The position numbers and the translations under genes were made by a program. A DNA stretch of 64,000 bases, taken from positions 1 to 64,000 of IMG/VR virus record IMGVR_UViG_3300017492_000028; one strand, 5' to 3'. Of this stretch, positions 60,470 through 64,000 are shown piece after piece. Below the pieces are notes generated by a model. It had not been told where the DNA came from, did not search any database, and saw nothing but the letters and a program-made list of their open reading frames with translations. This stretch comes from a virus (taxonomy: Duplodnaviria; Caudoviricetes). Within the stretch, counting starts at the first letter, position 1; each line of letters opens with the position of its first letter.

Positions 60470-60822
60470 AATGGTAGTGAAAGGAAAATAAGGAAAATGA
60501 ATGAGGAAGAACGAAAGAAAAAGAAAGGAATAAATAAAATGAGATATAAATAAAATGCAAAAGAAAAGAATAAAGAAGAATGAGTAAAAAATAAAGAAGT
60601 TGAAATGAGAAAAGAAATGGAAAGAAGAGTAAGGAAGAAAGAGTAAGGAAGAAAGAAAATAAAATATTAAAGAAATATAACGAGAAGAAGAATAATAGAA
60701 AATTTTGATGTATAGGTAAGAGAGGGAAGATAAAAGAGAAAAGGAAGAGTGAGGTAAAAGAGAAAGAAAGTTAAGAAGAGGAGAAAATTTGAAATTTTTA
60801 ATGTATAAATAAGAGAGGGAGG
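60470..60822 (+). repeat. Purine-rich (A/G) low-complexity tract
   Basis: ~350 nt almost devoid of C. Confidence 0.85.
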
Positions 60823-60899
60823 TATTGTAGCTGAACCCCCGCCAGTTCATAAGTAAGTCAAACCACCCCCGCCATGTCAAGCAAAAGAGACTCCTTTTC

Positions 60900-61204
60900 C
60901 TCTTGAAAACAAAGCGAATTTCTCATCAAAACAAAACGAATTTTGGATTAAAAATTACAATTATGAAGAATATTAAAAACAAAGTGGTTAGCCACATCAT
61001 TGAGAATGGTTTTGGCTATATTCTGGTAGCAGGAATTGTTGCACTTGCAGTGCTACAGATTATCAGGGGTGAGTGCATCTATTGAGCATGGTAATGGCAA
61101 ATGGTAGCATTGTGACACAACGTGTCATGGTGCTGCCGTTTGTTACACACTTCCCACTCATCAAAACAAAACGAATTTTGCTCATTAAAACAAAACGAAT
61201 TTTG
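60900..61204 (+). repeat. Two tandem pairs of 24-bp iteron-like repeats CTCATCAAAACAAAACGAATTTTG
   Basis: 60900-60921 (degenerate), 60922-60945, 61157-61180, 61181-61204. Confidence 0.9.
60963..61085 (+). CDS. 40-aa single-TM peptide
   Basis: MKNIKNKVVSHIIENGFGYILVAGIVALAVLQIIRGECIY; start moved downstream of the repeats. Confidence 0.45.
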   Translation: MKNIKNKVVSHIIENGFGYILVAGIVALAVLQIIRGECIY

Positions 61205-61360
61205 GTGTGATAGTGGTACTGTAGCACGTAACGCATTATGCTATACTTGATAGAGTTGACAGCCATATCAAGATAGGTAATGACGTATGATGTTTACTTT
61301 ACTCACTTGTTGCCCATTTACTTATTCATTTATTTATTAATCATTTAATTCATTACAAAC

Positions 61361-61849
61361 ATGAAACATTCAGAAATTATCGAGAGTATGATTAAGAAAG
61401 GTGCAACCAAGCTGGCTGATACTTTTCAAGTGTTGAACGTCAATGTTAAGGAGGAGGACAACTACACACGTCTGACCCTTACACTTGACAAGGAGTTTGA
61501 TGCAATGGTGAGGCAGGAGGACGGCACTCGCAAGCTGCAAAAGACGAATGTACTGTTCACAAGCACGTACAGCGTTGCAGGCTTGATGAAAACGAATCCA
61601 AAGCTTTCACTTGCGGCAGGTCATTGTCTTGAGCACGTTAACGCATTTAAGGCAGTTCTTGCAGGTGTTAAACTTCAGCTTCTTCAAGAAAAGGTCAAGG
61701 AGGGTACTGATTACGTTAGTCCTTTCGCTTCAGACCAGAGCAACAAGAAACATTACGACCACGATACCATTATTACTCACATTATTGGTATTGACAACGT
61801 TAATGAGGTCATTCTTGCGCAAATCACTAACTATATCCTGTTTGGATAG
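61361..61849 (+). CDS. crAss-like early protein, annotated in relatives as putative ssDNA-binding protein
   Basis: LNVNVKEEDNYTRLTLTL...LFTSTYSV...YDHDTIITHI, recalled similarity. Confidence 0.55.
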   Translation: MKHSEIIESMIKKGATKLADTFQVLNVNVKEEDNYTRLTLTLDKEFDAMVRQEDGTRKLQKTNVLFTSTYSVAGLMKTNPKLSLAAGHCLEHVNAFKAVLAGVKLQLLQEKVKEGTDYVSPFASDQSNKKHYDHDTIITHIIGIDNVNEVILAQITNYILFG

Positions 61850-62253
61850 TAGATAGTATAAACCGCTTGTTCGTGGCAGTGTGCTGCGGACAAGCGGCGA
61901 TTTTGTGATTCTGCAAAATATTACAACCTGTTACACATAAGTGTTCCATTGAAACATTGTGCTGAATCATTTTACACGTGATTTTGACAGTTAGCGAAAC
62001 CTGAACGGGGAGCATTTGCTCATAATAGTATAAATAATGATGATAGTATTAATCTAGAATAAATAAGTGTTTTATAATTTCACTTTCTTCTTTATTACTA
62101 TTATTATTACTATTATTATTGTCAAAATAAAATGCTCAAATATGACTTAAATCATCATATCGAGCATTAGGAGGTGCACCTCGACCTGGGGTGGGAAGAT
62201 GAGATTGAAGATTATTATTATTAGAATTTCCTATCGTTTCTACATGCAAAATA

Positions 62254-62314
62254 TGTAACTTTGCTACGCTGCGTGTAAGCTCGCTTACTTACGCTAGCGT
62301 AACGCAAAGTTACA
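62254..62314. repeat. 61-bp imperfect palindrome/hairpin
   Basis: TGTAACTTTGC-TACGCT-GCGT-GTAAGC [TC] GCTTAC-(TT)-ACGC-(T)-AGCGTA-(AC)-GCAAAGTTACA. Confidence 0.9.
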
Positions 62315-62574
62315 CTTTTTGAATGAGAAAACAATGGAATTAACAATCTTTCGTGCTATTTGTTAATGACAATTAACAATTATGCACCTTGACTGTCAAA
62401 ACTATTATGAGGAAGAGTTCTATTAAGTGATAAGTCTATATCAAAATCTATATTGTCAGTAACATTTGTTCACAATTTAAATGGACATCTAGAGCTGGAA
62501 AGTGATTAGATGAGGCTTTAAGTGTAGGTTTAGGAGTATCAAAATCATTAGTTCCCCCTTATCAGTCGCTATAT

Positions 62575-62690
62575 CATCTTCTCTCCTCATTCTTCCTCAC
62601 TTCCATTTCTTTTCAGCTTATCCCTCCTCACTCTTCATTCTCTTTCCTCATTCTTCCTTACAACTATCATCTAACTCAACACTTCGTCTT
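62575..62690 (+). repeat. Pyrimidine-rich (C/T) tract
   Basis: CTCCTCATTCTTCCTCAC... with almost no G. Confidence 0.75.
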
Positions 62691-63023
62691 CATCATATTA
62701 TAAATCATACTATATAAGTCATTATAATTTATGACTTTCTATTCCTCATACGTCTCTATAAACACGTTAGGAAAATCATTATGATTTTTATTATGATTAT
62801 GACTACCTGCACTATTCCTGTAAGTCTTTTGGCTGATTTATTTCAGCTAATATAACTTTACTCTCTCTTAATAGAATAAATATAATCAATAATACATTTT
62901 GTTTCAATATGTTTTTCAATATAACATTGTGTTACATCATGTTTTGTTTTTGTATTTAATTCTATTCTATCTTTTCAATTTACAACAATATTCTTAACAC
63001 TTTAAACATTAGGAGGACTAATT

Positions 63024-63257
63024 ATGTTAGTAGCAATACTAGAAGATAAAAATACATCAAGTTATCATATACTTGGCTCTTTATATCGTAACGATATTGA
63101 TAAACTTATTGACAAAATCAATGACCTTTATAAATTGAGTTTGCATGAGGACTTAACTTATAATGGTGATGACGATTACTATGTTTATCACAATCTTAAA
63201 GGTGAAAAACAAATAGATTTGGTTATAACAAATGTTCGCCAATGGCATTTTAATTAA
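63024..63257 (+). CDS. Small early hypothetical protein
   Basis: 77 aa; AGGAGG 7 nt upstream. Confidence 0.65.
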   Translation: MLVAILEDKNTSSYHILGSLYRNDIDKLIDKINDLYKLSLHEDLTYNGDDDYYVYHNLKGEKQIDLVITNVRQWHFN

Positions 63258-63285
63258 AAATTAAATAAAGAAAAGGAGAAATAAA

Positions 63286-63567
63286 ATGAATAAGAAAGTT
63301 TGTGGGGAACCCCCCGTAGAGAAGAAATATGATGATATTCAGCCCATGATATACAACAATCATATACATCATTATGTTCAATCTTATATCGCGTCTATAT
63401 TACAACATCGTGATTTAGGTAAGAACTTTGCAGACCCTCAAGATGTCAAAATATATCATCTTGATAATCATCCTGCATGGGTTAAGGCTATTACTAATTA
63501 TGGCACGTTCACTATTAATAAGCGTGCTATGCTGAATGTTGAATTAACAGCATTAAAATGCTTATGA
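63286..63567 (+). CDS. Small early hypothetical protein
   Basis: 93 aa; AAGGAG 7 nt upstream. Confidence 0.65.
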   Translation: MNKKVCGEPPVEKKYDDIQPMIYNNHIHHYVQSYIASILQHRDLGKNFADPQDVKIYHLDNHPAWVKAITNYGTFTINKRAMLNVELTALKCL

Positions 63568-63734
63568 TTATGAAGTCATCAATAAAACGTAACGTCATTG
63601 CAATTTTGATACTGCTGTTATATGCAGCTGTCATTATTGCTACACTGTGCATGACTGATTCAACAGCAGTTGTTGCATTAGTGTTCTCAATATGTGTATT
63701 ATCATACGCATTAATCTTAACAGATAAATATTAA
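63564..63734 (+). CDS. 56-aa two-TM membrane peptide
   Basis: Hand translation MIMKSSIKRNVIAILILLLYAAVIIATLCMTDSTAVVALVFSICVLSYALILTDKY*; ATGA overlap with upstream gene. Confidence 0.6.
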   Translation: MIMKSSIKRNVIAILILLLYAAVIIATLCMTDSTAVVALVFSICVLSYALILTDKY

Positions 63735-63767
63735 CATCACTAACAACTTAAAATATAATTTATAGCA

Positions 63768-64000
63768 ATGAAAACAACAGATTTAATTCAAACTCTAGAC
63801 GATATAATACGTCTATCAGTACAAACAAAGTCTAAGGTAAATGATTTATCAGACTATGAAAGAGTATGTGTAGTATCTATTAAAGAAACATTAGAATCTT
63901 TATGCTCTACAACAATAGATAAATCCCATTTGCCGCAAACTTATGAAGAGATGTATAAGTCTATTAGTTCTCGTTTGATTAAACTTGAAGAAAGAGTTTC
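63768..64000 (+). CDS. Early hypothetical protein, 3'-partial
   Basis: MKTTDLIQTLDDIIRLS... open to the window end. Confidence 0.6.
   Translation, partial: MKTTDLIQTLDDIIRLSVQTKSKVNDLSDYERVCVVSIKETLESLCSTTIDKSHLPQTYEEMYKSISSRLIKLEERV

Larger units (their letters stand above)
1256..63325. repeat. Dispersed motif CCCCCCGTAGA(A/G)GA, 19 copies
   Basis: Plus orientation at 1256 (variant CTCCC), 6677, 13077, 21216, 27141, 30401, 39165, 44657, 51046, 55798, 58852, 63310. Reverse orientation at 2912, 10484, 13218, 29886, 38819, 50673, 55994. Confidence 0.95.

Noticed and set aside
60398-60880. 160-aa F/L/S-rich minus-strand ORF
   Set aside because: Artefact of the purine-rich tract (complement lacks stop codons).
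60900-61204. CRISPR-like array
   Set aside because: Repeats are directly tandem with no unique spacers.
1-64000. tRNA genes, DGR reverse transcriptase, integrase or invertase
   Set aside because: None recognisable by eye; tRNAscan and HMM searches were not run.

Overview
64 kb of an AT-rich (~30% GC) crAss-like phage (Crassvirales). From recall, the major capsid protein resembles the prototypical crAssphage/Intestiviridae type, and the host is probably Bacteroidota. Standard code 11 fits. About 1-59.4 kb is the minus-strand late/structural region, in transcription order: HU/IHF-like gene, PD-(D/E)XK nuclease, lysis genes, terminase, portal, capsid module, a variable fibre/accessory block (29.4-44.6 kb), tail ring and muzzle genes, ejected cargo proteins, and a >3266-aa virion RNA polymerase (DFDID motif; missing from the ORF track, runs off the left edge). 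About 59.5-64 kb is a strand-switch, largely non-coding region rich in hairpins and repeats, followed by small plus-strand early genes. Most striking unexplained signals: (1) a GC-rich ~14-bp motif, CCCCCCGTAGA(A/G)GA, present 19 times on both strands, mostly inside essential genes in several reading frames and often as opposed pairs; (2) at least 9 fibre-like proteins sharing an N-terminal YLDxxGLxxxWxKIK motif, several also with a C-terminal I(T/S)xxxIxxIC motif, including two unannotated motif-only mini-proteins, with (AT)n microsatellites before two start codons; (3) iteron-like repeats, a 61-bp hairpin, opposed purine/pyrimidine tracts and a candidate structured sRNA at the strand switch. 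All calls are by eye; no database searches were run.
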